Below, piece by piece: positions 32,954 to 43,332 of a DNA stretch of 64,000 bases; the stretch's first letter is position 1, and each line of letters begins with the position of its first letter. The position numbers were made by a program, and so were the translations under genes. This stretch comes from an uncultured Chloroflexia bacterium (GTDB lineage Bacteria > Chloroflexota > Limnocylindria > Limnocylindrales > CSP1-4). Location: NCBI GenBank assembly GCA_963766735.1, contig CAVYBU010000017.1, positions 160,001 through 224,000 on the forward strand, read 5' to 3'. Under the pieces are notes generated by a model, which searched no databases, had not been told where the DNA came from, and saw only the letters and a program-made list of their open reading frames with translations.

Positions 32954-33919
32954 GTGCTGCCCCTGATCTCGATCCACCCCGTCATCCTATTGGACTACTC
33001 GCCGATCGTCACGATCGGGGGCTTCGTCGTGCGCCTGGACACGATCGCGCTGGCCGTCGTCATCTTCGCGAGCCTGGTGGTCGCGGCGCGGATCGCGCAA
33101 CGGACGCCGGTGGACGTCACCCGCTCGCCCGACGATGCCGGCGACGACCTCGACCAGGACGCGCCGAACCACCTGCGCGCCGACGACCTGCTGTACGTGG
33201 CGGTCGCGGCTGTGCCCGGGGCCGTGATCGGTGGGCGACTGGGGTACGCGCTGCTCCATCTGGACTTCTACCAGGCGAACGCCGCGGCCCTGCTGGACCC
33301 GTCACAGGGCGGGCTCTCCCTGTCGCTCGCTATCGTGGGCGGGTTCCTGACAGCCTCGATCGTCGCGGGGCTGCTGGGGGCCCCGATCGGGCGCTGGATG
33401 CACGCCCTGGTGCTGCCGGTCCTGCTGGCTCTCGCTGTCGGCAAGGTTGCGATGGCGTTCGGTGGGAGCGGGCAGGGCCTGGAGTGGGACGGGCAGTGGG
33501 CGACCGCATACCTCGGTCCGGGCCCGTGGGGATCGCCGTCGCCGGAGATCCCTGCGCACCCCGCCCAGCTCTACGAGGCCCTGGCCTCGGCCGGGGTGCT
33601 GCTGCTCATGGCGATCCTCCTGGCGCGGGGGGCGTTCGCCCGGCGGACCGGTGCCGCGTTCCTGCTGGGCATCGCGCTCTGGGCGGTCGCCCGGGCCGCC
33701 GTCGCCTCCACCTGGCGGGATCCCGCGGTCCTCGGCCCGCTGGGGATGGAGCAGGTGGTCTGTCTGGTGATCGCGACGGTCGCGGTCGTGCTGCTGGCCG
33801 TGGAGGCGGCGCGTCGCCGGCGGGGTGGGGGAGCCGCCGGCGAGCGCCGTGAGAGCGCCGGATCCTCGAGCGAGGGCGAACCCGCCTGGCCGGAGCCGTC
33901 GTCGCGCCCGAGGATCTAG
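32954..33919 (+). CDS. Divergent Lgt-family membrane protein
   Basis: GGRLGYALLH, QGGLSL, HPAQLYEA; the Lgt signature is degenerate. Confidence 0.75.
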   Translation: MLPLISIHPVILLDYSPIVTIGGFVVRLDTIALAVVIFASLVVAARIAQRTPVDVTRSPDDAGDDLDQDAPNHLRADDLLYVAVAAVPGAVIGGRLGYALLHLDFYQANAAALLDPSQGGLSLSLAIVGGFLTASIVAGLLGAPIGRWMHALVLPVLLALAVGKVAMAFGGSGQGLEWDGQWATAYLGPGPWGSPSPEIPAHPAQLYEALASAGVLLLMAILLARGAFARRTGAAFLLGIALWAVARAAVASTWRDPAVLGPLGMEQVVCLVIATVAVVLLAVEAARRRRGGGAAGERRESAGSSSEGEPAWPEPSSRPRI

Positions 33920-33938
33920 CGGACTCCCCGCCCGGGGG

Positions 33939-36063
33939 TCACATGGGCTGCTCGCGGCCGGCTGGCCGCGCTGGGGGTCGCCGATGCGGAACGGCCGCAT
34001 CATCTCGTTGTCCTCGTGCTCCACGATGTGGCAGTGCCACACGTATTGACCGGGGTTGAGGAACTGAGCGCGGACCCTCGTGACCTGGCCGGGATAGGCG
34101 ATGACGGTGTCCTTGAAGCCGGTCTCCCCGGGCTCCGGCAGCGTGATCACTCCGTCGAGTTGGAGCGGCTCGACGACGTCGCCGTCGTCATTCGTCTCCA
34201 AACCCTCACGGTTCACGACCTCGAACACCGTCTCGTGGACGTGCATGGGGTGGGCATCGCCGGTGGTGTTGTAGAACTCCCAGACTTCGGTGGCTCCGGC
34301 CGCCGGGTTCTCGGTGACCTCATCCATCCACTTGCGCTCGGTCCAGACGCCGCCCGCTGACGGTGCCGAGGAGCGCCTCGATGGGGCCGTCGACCGGGGC
34401 GCCGTCCGCGTCGTAGCCCCTCGCCCATCACCTCGATGAGGGCCAGCGGGCGGGTGACGGTCTCCGGAGGCAGCGGCACGATGGCCGGCAGCTGGAGGAA
34501 CTGCGGCGGCGTGGTGGGATCGGCCGCAACAGCCGGCACCACATTGAACTGCATGATCTTGCCCGTCGTGGCCGGGTCCGCCGCATAGAACTGACCACCC
34601 TCCAGTTCGGGCCACTCGTCGGGCGGCGAGGTCCGGCGGTAGCACGGGGACGCCGCCACCGAAGGGCTCGTCCGGGCCGACGTTGCCGAGCACGTAGTTG
34701 CCGAGGGAGACGTTGGTGAAGTCGACGATGACGTCTGCCCGCTCGGCCAGGCCCATCAGGATCCGGTTGCCATGGGGGGCGGCCGTGATGTTGACCGGCG
34801 CGGCCAGGAACCCGCCCTCGTTGCCGACGTGCCAGACCTCGACACCCGGGATCTGGCTGAAGTCGAGGATCAGGAACCGGGACTGGCAGCCGTTCAGGAA
34901 GCGGAACCGGTAGCGGCGCTGCTCAACGGTCTGGAACGGCCAGGTGTTGCCGTTGACCATCATCGTGTTGCCGAAGAACTCGGGGTTCCAGATCGGCGAG
35001 AACGGGCCAGGGGTGAGGTCCCCGACGATCCCGTCGAAGAACTCGCGGGTGTCCGGGTAGAAGAGGGAGCCGTCCGTGTTGAACGATCGGTCCTGGATCG
35101 CGATCGGGATCTCGTAGTAGGTCATGCCCGCCGGATCGCCGAGCGCCGGCGCCGGCCCCGGCAACACCGCCGGGGTGGGCTTCCTGCGGCGGCTGTCGAG
35201 GACCACGTCGTCGGGCCCGCCGCGGACGATGAAGAAGCCCGCCGGCCCGGCGTAGACGTTGAGCCGGGTCATCCCCAGCGTGTGGTCGTGGTACCAGAGC
35301 GTGGAGGCGCGGTTGAGGTTCGGGTACTGGAACGTCGCGAAGCCCGGCCCCCAGGTCTCGCCGTAGCCAGCTTCGCCTTGCTGGCGAAGAAGTCGTACCA
35401 GGTGCCCTTCGTGGCGTAGTCGCCCGGGATGTTGCCAGCCGCCGGCAGGAACCAGGCCTCCGGGTAGCCGTCGCTCTCGTCGCCGACACCGACTGCGCCG
35501 TGGACGTGGGTGACAATCGGGACCGGGCCCGTGTATCGGTCCGGGGTCGAGCCGAACGTCGGGCGCGTGTCGCGGCCCGCGGTGCCACCCGGCGGGTTGG
35601 CCCAGTGGAGCGTCGGATCGACCGGCAGGATGTGCGGAAGATGGTCCCCGGCGGCGCTGACGAGCTCGTTGATCCACTTGATGCGAACCGGCTTGTTCGC
35701 CTTCGCCTCGATCGTGAGCGACGGGGCGTTGAAGATGGCGGGGCCGTTCTGGGCGGTCACCGGTCCATAGCCCCACACCGTCGTTGCGGGGTGCCCGGCC
35801 GGCAGGATCTGCTGCTCGAATTGGCGGACGGCGATCTCGTAGTAGTCGATGTTCTTGGCCATCTTCTGCTTCACCTTGCCGGCCCTGGGCATGGCAGGCG
35901 GGATCAGCATGGGCGTGACGAACTTCGTGACGACCTCTGGATCAAGAGTGCCGCCGGGGATCGCTGCCAGGGCGGTCTTCACACCGCCCACGTATTGGTA
36001 CAGGAACAGGCTCGTGCCGGCCGCGGCCGACCCGGCCAGGAACTGCGTCTTGAGAGCTGTCAT
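33939..36063 (-). pseudogene. Multicopper oxidase (CotA/bilirubin oxidase-like) with several frameshifts
   Basis: Cu motifs THVHG, WYHDH, HPMHVH, WHCHIVEHED are spread over different frames; breaks near 35370, 34640, 34420, 34360 and 33950. Confidence 0.85.
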
Positions 36064-36450
36064 CCGCGACCTCCCACCGGCCGCCATCCTCTCCCAGCAG
36101 AACGGCGAACCCACGCCTATCCACCCTGCACGCCGGTGCACACGCTCGGCCGCCGTGCATCGTCGTCGGCCCGCTCCCTCGGCGAGCCGCTTCGTCCCGG
36201 TCGGATCAACGCGTCTGTGCCTCCGACCACCCAAATCTGGACCATGCGAAGCCAGTCGTCATCCGTGATGCCACGGAGCCGGCTACGGATTTCCGGGTCG
36301 GGTACTGACCGTGCCTCCATGCACGGCCGCGCCTCCGTGGCATGGCTCCGCGGTCGACTCCGGCGGCGGGTGCGACGGTGTCAGCGCCCGTGACACGCGC
36401 ATGGACCGGGCGCGCGAACCGAACGCTCCTCGGACCACCTGGCGGAGAGG

Positions 36451-37650
36451 TCAGCGGGCGGCGAGCAGAATGGCGGCCAGCTCCTCGTCCGTGAGCACGA
36501 TGGGGTTCGTCTTCATCGAGCTGCCACGCGAGTCCGCGACGATCGCCGGGATGTCGCCCTCCGCGACGCCGAACGCCCGCAGCCGGGGAACCTGGAGCGC
36601 AGCCGTCCACTCGCTGAGCGTCACGACGAGCGCGCCGCGCGCCTCGGCCCCGTCGGTCGTCTCCGGCAGGCCGGCCACCAGTCGCCCGAGCGTCGCATAT
36701 CGGGCCAGCGCCGGTGACGCCGGATCACGCTCGGCGAGCGCGCCGATGTTCACGGCCGTGACCGCCGCCAGGGTCGCGCCACATGCCGCGCCATGCGGGA
36801 CGGGGAACTGGGCGCCCAGCGGCGAGGCCAGCCCGTGGACGGCCCCCAGGCCCGCGTGGGCAAGGCAGATCCCGGAGAGCAGCGCCGCGTAGGCCATGCG
36901 GGATCGGGCCTCGCCGGCGCCCGGCCCGCCCGGGTCCGCGTGCCAGGCCACCAGCCCGTCACGTGCCGCCTCCAGCCCGGACAGCGCCAGCGCGTCGGTC
37001 AGCGGCCCGGCCCGCAGCGACGTGTACGCCTCCAGCAGCTGGGTGAGCGCGTCCATCCCGTTGGTCGCGATCCGCTCCGGGTCGTTGCCGGCGAGGAGGT
37101 CGGGGTCCACCACCGCATCGGCGGCCACCAGCCGCTCGTCACGGAAGGATCGCTTGTAGCCGGCCGGACCCCGCTCGCTGATCACCGCGTTGCGCGTGGC
37201 CTCGCTGCCGGTTCCCGCGGTCGTGGGTACGGCCACGAACGGGACCGCAGGCCCCTGGTAGGGGCGCATCCCGGGCAGCCCCTCCAGGTGTTCAACGACG
37301 CTGTCGCCGGTGCGCACGAGCCCGGCGATGGCCTTGGCCGCATCCAGCACGGAGCCGCCGCCCACCCCCAGCACGACCTCGACCCCGGCGTCCCGGTGCG
37401 CAGCCACGGCCGCGTCAACGACCGCCGGAGACGGCTCGTCGGCCACGGCCACCTCGCCCACCACGGTTGCCCCCACGGCAGCCAGCCCCGCGAGAAGGGT
37501 CTGCCGCCGCCCGGATGCGGCCAGAGACCGCCCCCCGGTCACCAGCAGTACCCGGCGTCCGTGACCCGCCACGATCTCGGGCACGCGCCCGAACCCGCCC
37601 GCTCCAAAGCTGATCCTGGGCACACGCCCCAGCGAGAACGGCGAGACCAC
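36451..37650 (-). CDS. Iron-containing alcohol dehydrogenase
   Basis: GGGSVLDAAK, PTTAGTGSEAT, DALTQLLE, GAVHGLA, PHGAAC. Confidence 0.92.
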   Translation of the reverse strand: MVSPFSLGRVPRISFGAGGFGRVPEIVAGHGRRVLLVTGGRSLAASGRRQTLLAGLAAVGATVVGEVAVADEPSPAVVDAAVAAHRDAGVEVVLGVGGGSVLDAAKAIAGLVRTGDSVVEHLEGLPGMRPYQGPAVPFVAVPTTAGTGSEATRNAVISERGPAGYKRSFRDERLVAADAVVDPDLLAGNDPERIATNGMDALTQLLEAYTSLRAGPLTDALALSGLEAARDGLVAWHADPGGPGAGEARSRMAYAALLSGICLAHAGLGAVHGLASPLGAQFPVPHGAACGATLAAVTAVNIGALAERDPASPALARYATLGRLVAGLPETTDGAEARGALVVTLSEWTAALQVPRLRAFGVAEGDIPAIVADSRGSSMKTNPIVLTDEELAAILLAAR

Positions 37651-37655
37651 GAGGC

Positions 37656-37961
37656 TCAGCCCGCTCCCGTCTCGGGGAACAGCCCCTCGTACCGGACGCC
37701 GACACGCGGCTCCACGAACCAGTCTGCCGTCGCCTCGCGCCAGGCGTCGTAGTGCGTGGTCGTCTTGTGCAGCTGCGCCGCCGCCTCGTCCGTGTACCAC
37801 TCGTACAGGACGAACCGGGTGGGGTCCTCCACGGAGCGGATGACGTCGAACCGCATGTTGCCGTCCTCCCGGGTGGAGGCTTCGTGGTTGGCGCGCGTCG
37901 CGTCGACGAACGCGTCGATGCATTCGGGCTTGACGTGGCAGTGGACGAGGGTCACGAACAT
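37656..37961 (-). CDS. ABM-family protein (LsrG/YgiN-like putative quinol monooxygenase)
   Basis: NHEASTREDGNMRFDV, FVLYEWY, HKTTTHY. Confidence 0.85.
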   Translation of the reverse strand: MFVTLVHCHVKPECIDAFVDATRANHEASTREDGNMRFDVIRSVEDPTRFVLYEWYTDEAAAQLHKTTTHYDAWREATADWFVEPRVGVRYEGLFPETGAG

Positions 37962-38155
37962 GGCTGGCTCCCTGGCGGCGGCTGCACCGGCCCCGAATCT
38001 ATGCCGTCTGGCAGGCCAGTATCGGATGATATGGATCGCCTGGCCTCCCGGGCCCGGCGTGCCGCGGGATCAGATCCCCCCGGACGGCACTGTCCGCGCC
38101 GGGACGCGGGGTCGAGGCTGGCAACGATCAGTGCGTCCGTCCCGGAGGAGCGTCC

Positions 38156-38569
38156 ATGGCCCGCCAGTTCGTCGTCCAGCTCGAGAACCATCCGGGCGAG
38201 CTCTCCCGCCTCGTGAAGAACTTCGCGGCACGGGGCGTGCAGATCCACCACGTCGCGTGCGTGGGCGCCGGGCCGCTCCAGTGCATGTTCCTGACCACGA
38301 CGGACGACGACGCCGCGCGCGAGGTCATCCAGGGCAGCGGCCACGAGTTCATCGAGGGCGAGCCGATCATGGTCGAGATCCCGGACGTGCCCGGCTCGCT
38401 GGGCGAGGTCAGCCAGAAGCTCGCGCAGGCGGGCGTGCTCGTGACGGGCGTCATCCAGGCCGGCCGCAAGCCCGGCGTGATCGAGATGGCGTTCTGCGTC
38501 GATGACGAGGCGAAGGCCCGCGAGGCCCTCGGTCTGCACGCCGAAGACTGCGTCGGCTGCTCCAGCTGA
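38156..38569 (+). CDS. Tandem ACT-domain protein
   Basis: VQLENHPGELSRL and EIPDVPGSLGEV; GGAGGAG RBS. Confidence 0.8.
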   Translation: MARQFVVQLENHPGELSRLVKNFAARGVQIHHVACVGAGPLQCMFLTTTDDDAAREVIQGSGHEFIEGEPIMVEIPDVPGSLGEVSQKLAQAGVLVTGVIQAGRKPGVIEMAFCVDDEAKAREALGLHAEDCVGCSS

Positions 38570-38660
38570 GTGCCCGAGCGTCCCGCGGCTGAGTGCCCGC
38601 GCCCCAGCCGTGCCGGGCTGAGCGCCCGGGCCGTGCCCAGGCGCTCCGAGCGTCCCGCGG
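38565..38660. repeat. Short direct repeats between convergent stop codons
   Basis: GCTGAG(T/C)GCCCG at 38565, 38588 and 38617; CCGAGCGTCCCGCGG at 38574 and 38646. Confidence 0.7.
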
Positions 38661-40061
38661 TCAGGAGACGCGGGCGTAGTCCGCGAGGCCGCGCTTGATG
38701 TACTGGCCGTGGCCCTTGCGCCCGGTGAACTCGCCGTCCTTCACGACGGTGGTGCCGCGGCTCATCACCACGTCCGAGGCGCCCTGCACGGTGCGGCCCT
38801 CGTAGCAGCTGTAGTCCACGTCCATGTGATGCGTCTTGGCGCTGATCACGCGTTTGCGGTTCGGGTCGTAGATGACGATGTCCGCGTCGCTGCCGACGGC
38901 GATCGCACCCTTCCGGGGATACATCCCGAACATCTTCGCCGGGCCGGTTGAGATCACGTCAACCCAGCGTTCCCTGGAGATGCGGCCGCCCACAACGCCG
39001 CCGTCGTGGATCAGGTCCACGCGGTCCTCGACGCCCGGCAGGCCGTTGGGGACCTTCCGGAAGTCGCCTCGACCCAGCTCCTTCTGGCCATGGAAGTCGA
39101 ACGGGCAGTGGTCCGTGCCCACGACGCTGAGGTCGCCCTTGCGCAGGCCGTTCCAGAGCTCCTCCCAGTGCGGGTCGGCGGGGCGGAGCGGGGGCGAGCA
39201 GACGAACTTGGAACCCTCGAAGCCGTTGCCCATGTCGTCAAGGCTGAGGAACAGGTACTGGGGGCAGGTCTCCGCGAACGCCATGGCACCCCGATCGCGA
39301 GCCGCGCGGAGCTCGTCCAGGGCGTCCTTCGAGGACATGTGCACGATGTAGACCGGCACCCCGGCAGCCTCTGCCAGGCGGATCACCCGGCCTGTGGCCT
39401 CGCCTTCGAAGATGGGGTAGCGGGCGACCCCGTGGTAGTACGGGTCGGTCTTGCCCTCGGCGACGAGCTGGGCCGCGACGACGTCGATGACCGGGCCGTT
39501 CTCGGCGTGCATCATGATCATCCCGCCGTTCGTGCGGGTCTGCTGCATCGCGCGGAAGATGTGGTCGTCGGGCGAGAGGAAGACGCCCGGATAGGCCGTG
39601 AACAGCTTGAAGTCGGGCACGCCATCGGCGACCACCTGGTCCATCTCGGTCAGCGTGGCGTCGTTGACATCCGACATGATCATGTGGAAGCCGTAGTCGA
39701 TGACCGTGTTGCCCTCGGCCTTGGCGAGCCAGACATCGAGCCCGGTTCGCAGGGCCTGGCCCTTGGCCTGGACGGCGAAGTCCACGATGGACGTCGTGCC
39801 ACCGAACGCGGCCGCGCGGGACCCCGTCTCGAAGGTGTCCTTGGCGAAGGTGCCGCCGAACGGCAGCTCCATGTGGGTGTGGGCGTCGATCCCGCCCGGG
39901 ATGACGTACTTCCCGGTGGCATCGATCGTCTCGTCAGCGGTCACGCCCGTCGCGGCCAGGTCCGCGCCAATCTGCGCGATGACCTCCCCATCGACAAGGA
40001 CGTCTGCCGGGTACGAGCCGTCCGCGGTGACGATCGTGCCGTTCGTGATCAAGGTGCGCAT
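38661..40061 (-). CDS. hydA: Dihydropyrimidinase (D-hydantoinase)
   Basis: PGGIDAHTH, GGTTSIVDFA, FKLFTAY, MHAENG, ETCPQYL, SPPLR, GTDHCPF. Confidence 0.94.
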   Translation of the reverse strand: MRTLITNGTIVTADGSYPADVLVDGEVIAQIGADLAATGVTADETIDATGKYVIPGGIDAHTHMELPFGGTFAKDTFETGSRAAAFGGTTSIVDFAVQAKGQALRTGLDVWLAKAEGNTVIDYGFHMIMSDVNDATLTEMDQVVADGVPDFKLFTAYPGVFLSPDDHIFRAMQQTRTNGGMIMMHAENGPVIDVVAAQLVAEGKTDPYYHGVARYPIFEGEATGRVIRLAEAAGVPVYIVHMSSKDALDELRAARDRGAMAFAETCPQYLFLSLDDMGNGFEGSKFVCSPPLRPADPHWEELWNGLRKGDLSVVGTDHCPFDFHGQKELGRGDFRKVPNGLPGVEDRVDLIHDGGVVGGRISRERWVDVISTGPAKMFGMYPRKGAIAVGSDADIVIYDPNRKRVISAKTHHMDVDYSCYEGRTVQGASDVVMSRGTTVVKDGEFTGRKGHGQYIKRGLADYARVS

Positions 40062-40167
40062 TGGCTGCTCCTCGCGCTTGGATCCCGCCGACCACGGCCG
40101 GCACGGGGACGCTCGACGTGAGGACATCGTACCGAGGTGGCAGCCCCTCTGCGAGGGCCGCTCGCGG

Positions 40168-40377
40168 TCAGCCGAAGGGGAGCCTGGCCTGCACGCCGAT
40201 GGCGGCTGCGATGCCGAGCGCGATCGACCAGGCGAAGGCCGCGCCCGCGACGGCGCCCAGCGAGGCGACGAAGGCGAGGCTGGCCACGAAGCGCCGGCGC
40301 CTGTGGGCGCGGCGCGCGGCGGGACCATCCGCCTCCCACCAGGGATCACGACGACGGAACAGCGACAGCGACGACAC
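40168..40377 (-). CDS. Small hypothetical membrane protein
   Basis: Basic N-terminus then a long hydrophobic stretch FVASLAFVASLGAVAGAAFAWSIALGIAAAIG; GGAGG before GTG. Confidence 0.55.
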   Translation of the reverse strand: MSSLSLFRRRDPWWEADGPAARRAHRRRRFVASLAFVASLGAVAGAAFAWSIALGIAAAIGVQARLPFG

Positions 40378-40520
40378 GGACACCTCCAGCAGGGCTGAGT
40401 GTGGCCGCCGGGACGTGCCTGGTCGAGGGTGACCTCAGGCCCCCGGACCCTCTCCGCACCCCACCGGAGCGCCCGTCTTCTCTGCGGAGTCCGTCGCCCC
40501 GGCAGGGCACCGGTGCGCCG

Positions 40521-40574
40521 CGGCACCGGCGGTCGGCCGGGCACAGGCGGTCGGCCCGGCACAGGCGGTCGGCC
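40521..40574. repeat. 3 x 18-bp tandem repeat
   Basis: (C/G)GGCAC(C/A)GGCGGTCGGCC three times. Confidence 0.8.
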
Positions 40575-40635
40575 CGCGAGCCTGCCGTGCAGGGTGCGCC
40601 CGCCGCCGCCCTACGTGCTCCGGCCCCGCGGGTCC

Positions 40636-41646
40636 TCAGGAGCGGGTCGGTGTGAAGTCCTTGAGGGCGGGGATGATCTCGCGGCCGTAGATCGCCAGCT
40701 GCTCTTCCTCGTTCCCGTTCATGAGGTACAGGTTGAACTGGTCCACGCCGGCCTCGGCCAGGTCGCGCAGGCGCACGATGTGCTGCTCCACGGACCCCAC
40801 GAGGCAGAACCGGTCCACGATCTCATCCGTCACGAACGAGGCGTTGGAGCTGCCAACCTCGGCATGGTGGAGGTAGTCGTAGCCCTCGCGATCGCGGATG
40901 TAGGTCGTGAGCTCCGCCGGGAGATCCTCGCGGGGGTACTTGTTGACCAGGTCAACCACGTGGTTGCCCACCAGGGCCGGGAACCAGCGCGTGCGGTCGC
41001 GGCCGTCGGCGAGGTCGCCCACGTGTGCCGGCGCGGCGGCCATCACCTGCACCGCGTCCGGGTCGCGCCCGGCCTCGACGGCGGAGGACTTCACCTGCGA
41101 CGTGAACCACCGGATCAGGTCCGGGTCCCCGATCTGGAGCATGGCTCCGTCCGCGATCCGTCCGGTGAGCTTGAGGGCGACCGGTCCATAGCCCGCGATC
41201 CAGACGGGCAGCGGGTGCCCGCGCGTCCAGGTCAGCTCCAGCATCGTCCCCTCGAACTCGATGCTCCGGCCCTCGACCAGGGCCCGCACGACGTGGACCG
41301 CCTGCTCCAGGTCCTTCATCGTCGTGGGCGCCTTGCCCAGCACGCGGCGCGCGGAATCGCCCCGCCCGATGCCCAGGTCCATGCGCCCGCCCGAGAGCTC
41401 CTCGAGAACGGCAAGGGCGGATGCGGTGACGCTGGGCTCCCGCGAGCCCGGGTTCGTGACGCAGGTGCCCAGGCGCATCCGGGTGGTGGCCTGCGCCATG
41501 AGGGTCAGCAGGGGATAGGGATCCTTGAACAGCACATGGGTGTCGAACAGCCAGCCGTATTCGAAACCGGCGGCCTCGGCCTGCTTCGTCAGCGCGATGG
41601 TGCGATCGATCGAGTGGTCGGGCTTGAGCGTGAAGCCGAAGCGCAT
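40636..41646 (-). CDS. LLM-class, probably F420-dependent oxidoreductase (TIGR03842-like)
   Basis: MRFGFTL, WLFDTHVL, LGTCVTNP, GIGRGDSARR, WFPALVGNHVVDLV, YDYLHHA; lies between the nitrilase and hydA. Confidence 0.85.
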   Translation of the reverse strand: MRFGFTLKPDHSIDRTIALTKQAEAAGFEYGWLFDTHVLFKDPYPLLTLMAQATTRMRLGTCVTNPGSREPSVTASALAVLEELSGGRMDLGIGRGDSARRVLGKAPTTMKDLEQAVHVVRALVEGRSIEFEGTMLELTWTRGHPLPVWIAGYGPVALKLTGRIADGAMLQIGDPDLIRWFTSQVKSSAVEAGRDPDAVQVMAAAPAHVGDLADGRDRTRWFPALVGNHVVDLVNKYPREDLPAELTTYIRDREGYDYLHHAEVGSSNASFVTDEIVDRFCLVGSVEQHIVRLRDLAEAGVDQFNLYLMNGNEEEQLAIYGREIIPALKDFTPTRS

Positions 41647-41771
41647 CGTTTCCTCCAGGCGGGGAGCTCCGGGAGAATCAGGCGGCTCGGCTGTCCTCCT
41701 CCATGACAGCCGAGCCGCGCGGGATCATACCGGACCTGACTCCGGTACCGCGCAGTGCCGTTTGGCCTGTC

Positions 41772-42619
41772 CTAGAGCTCGACCAGGTCCTCGTACATCT
41801 CCGGGCGGCGGTCCCGGTAGAACTGCCAGGTCTGGCGGACCTGCTGGACGAGGTCGAGGTCCATGTCCCGGATGACGAGCTCCTCGTCGTGGGCGGAGGC
41901 GGCCCCGCCGATGAGCTGTCCGCGGGGATCGCAGAAGTAGCTCTGGCCGTAGAAGTCGTCGTCGCCCAGGGGCTCGATGCCCACCCGGTTGATGGTGCCC
42001 ACGAAGTAGCCGTTGGCGACCGCGTGCGCCGGCTGCTCGATCCGCCACAGGTACTCGGACAGGCCGCGGGACGTGGCCGAGGGAATGAACACCATCTCGG
42101 CCCCGTTGAGCCCCAGCGCCCGCGCCCCCTCGGGGAAGTGGCGGTCGTAGCAGATGTAGACGCCCACCCGGCCGACCGCGGTCTCGAACACCGGGTAGCC
42201 CAGGTTCCCCGGGCGGAAGTAGTACTTCTCCCAGAAGCCCTTCACGTGGGGGATGTGGGTCTTGCGGTACTTGCCCAGGTACGACCCGTCGGCGTCGATC
42301 ACCGCGGCGGTGTTGTAGTAGATGCCGCTGGTGTCGCTGTCCTCCTCGTACATGGGCACCACGAGGACCATCCCGGTCTGGCGGGCGAGATCCTGCATCC
42401 GGGCGGTGGTGGGACCGTCGGGGATGAACTCGGTGTAGCCGTAGTACTCGGGTCCTGCACCTGGCAGAAGTAGGGGCCGTAGAACAGCTCCTGGAACAGC
42501 ATCACCTGGGCGCCCTGCTTGGCCGCCTCGTGGGCGTAGCCCTCGTGCTTCTGGATCATCGACTCCTTGTCGCCGGTCCAGCTGGCCTGCAGGAGCGCAC
42601 CTCGGACGTTACGGGGCAT
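41772..42619 (-). CDS. Beta-ureidopropionase-like carbon-nitrogen hydrolase, frameshift near 42451
   Basis: FQELFYGPYFCQ (Glu), KYRKTHIP (Lys), FWEKYYF, YICYDRHFPE (Cys), split over two frames. Confidence 0.9.
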
Positions 42620-42961
42620 CGAAACTCTCCCTGACTTGCTCGCACGGGTCCCGCGGTCCCTACCGCGGCTGGCGATCCGGCCCACCCCTCCGTGGGGTCG
42701 GCCGGCGAAGGAGGGAAGGATACGCCGCCAACCCGGCCGCGCGCGCGGACGGACCGCTCCGTTCGCGGGGAGCTGAACGCGACCGGGCGGATTCGGACGC
42801 CTCGATCGCCGTGATCCGGCGCATCGCGGGGGAGATCCGAGCGGGCTGGGGCCGGCCGCGGCTGAGAAGCGGGCGTCCTGCTGAACGGCGGTGCACGGCG
42901 GCGCGGCGGAACGGCGGCCGCGGCTGCGCGGCGGGGTACGGCGGCGCGGCGGTGCTGCCAT

Positions 42962-43164
42962 GCACCAGAGTGGCTGGTGCCATGCGGCTGGGGACACGAA
43001 ACTCGTGTCACGTACCAGTCGGGTTGGTGTTGGACACATCCGTACCGGGCGCCGTGCAGAATCGGGTCGGCCAGGCGGTGCCGCTCCGCACGGGTGAATG
43101 CTCAGGGCGTGCTACCGCGCGACGGACCCTGTCACCACCCGGACTTGCACCAGCGTCACTGGTG
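42962..43164. promoter_or_regulatory. Three palindromic boxes in the pyrimidine divergon intergenic region
   Basis: GCACCAG-N5-CTGGTGC (42962-80), TACCAG-N5-TTGGTG (43013-29), CACCAG-N5-CTGGTG (43148-64). Confidence 0.55.
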
Positions 43165-43265
43165 GATGGCAGCTTCAGCGTTGGGTGCAGCCAGCTTTGG
43201 GTGGAGCCAGCGTCGACCGGCGTCGACCGGCCAGCCACGCGTTCACCGGGCCCGTCCCGACGCGG

Positions 43266-43332
43266 CACCCGCCCCGCGCCGTCTCGACCGGCCGGCGGCG
43301 CGTTCACCCGCCCCGCGCCGTCTCGACCGGCC
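43266..43332. repeat. 28-bp direct repeat (39-bp period)
   Basis: CACCCGCCCCGCGCCGTCTCGACCGGCC at 43266 and 43305. Confidence 0.85.
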
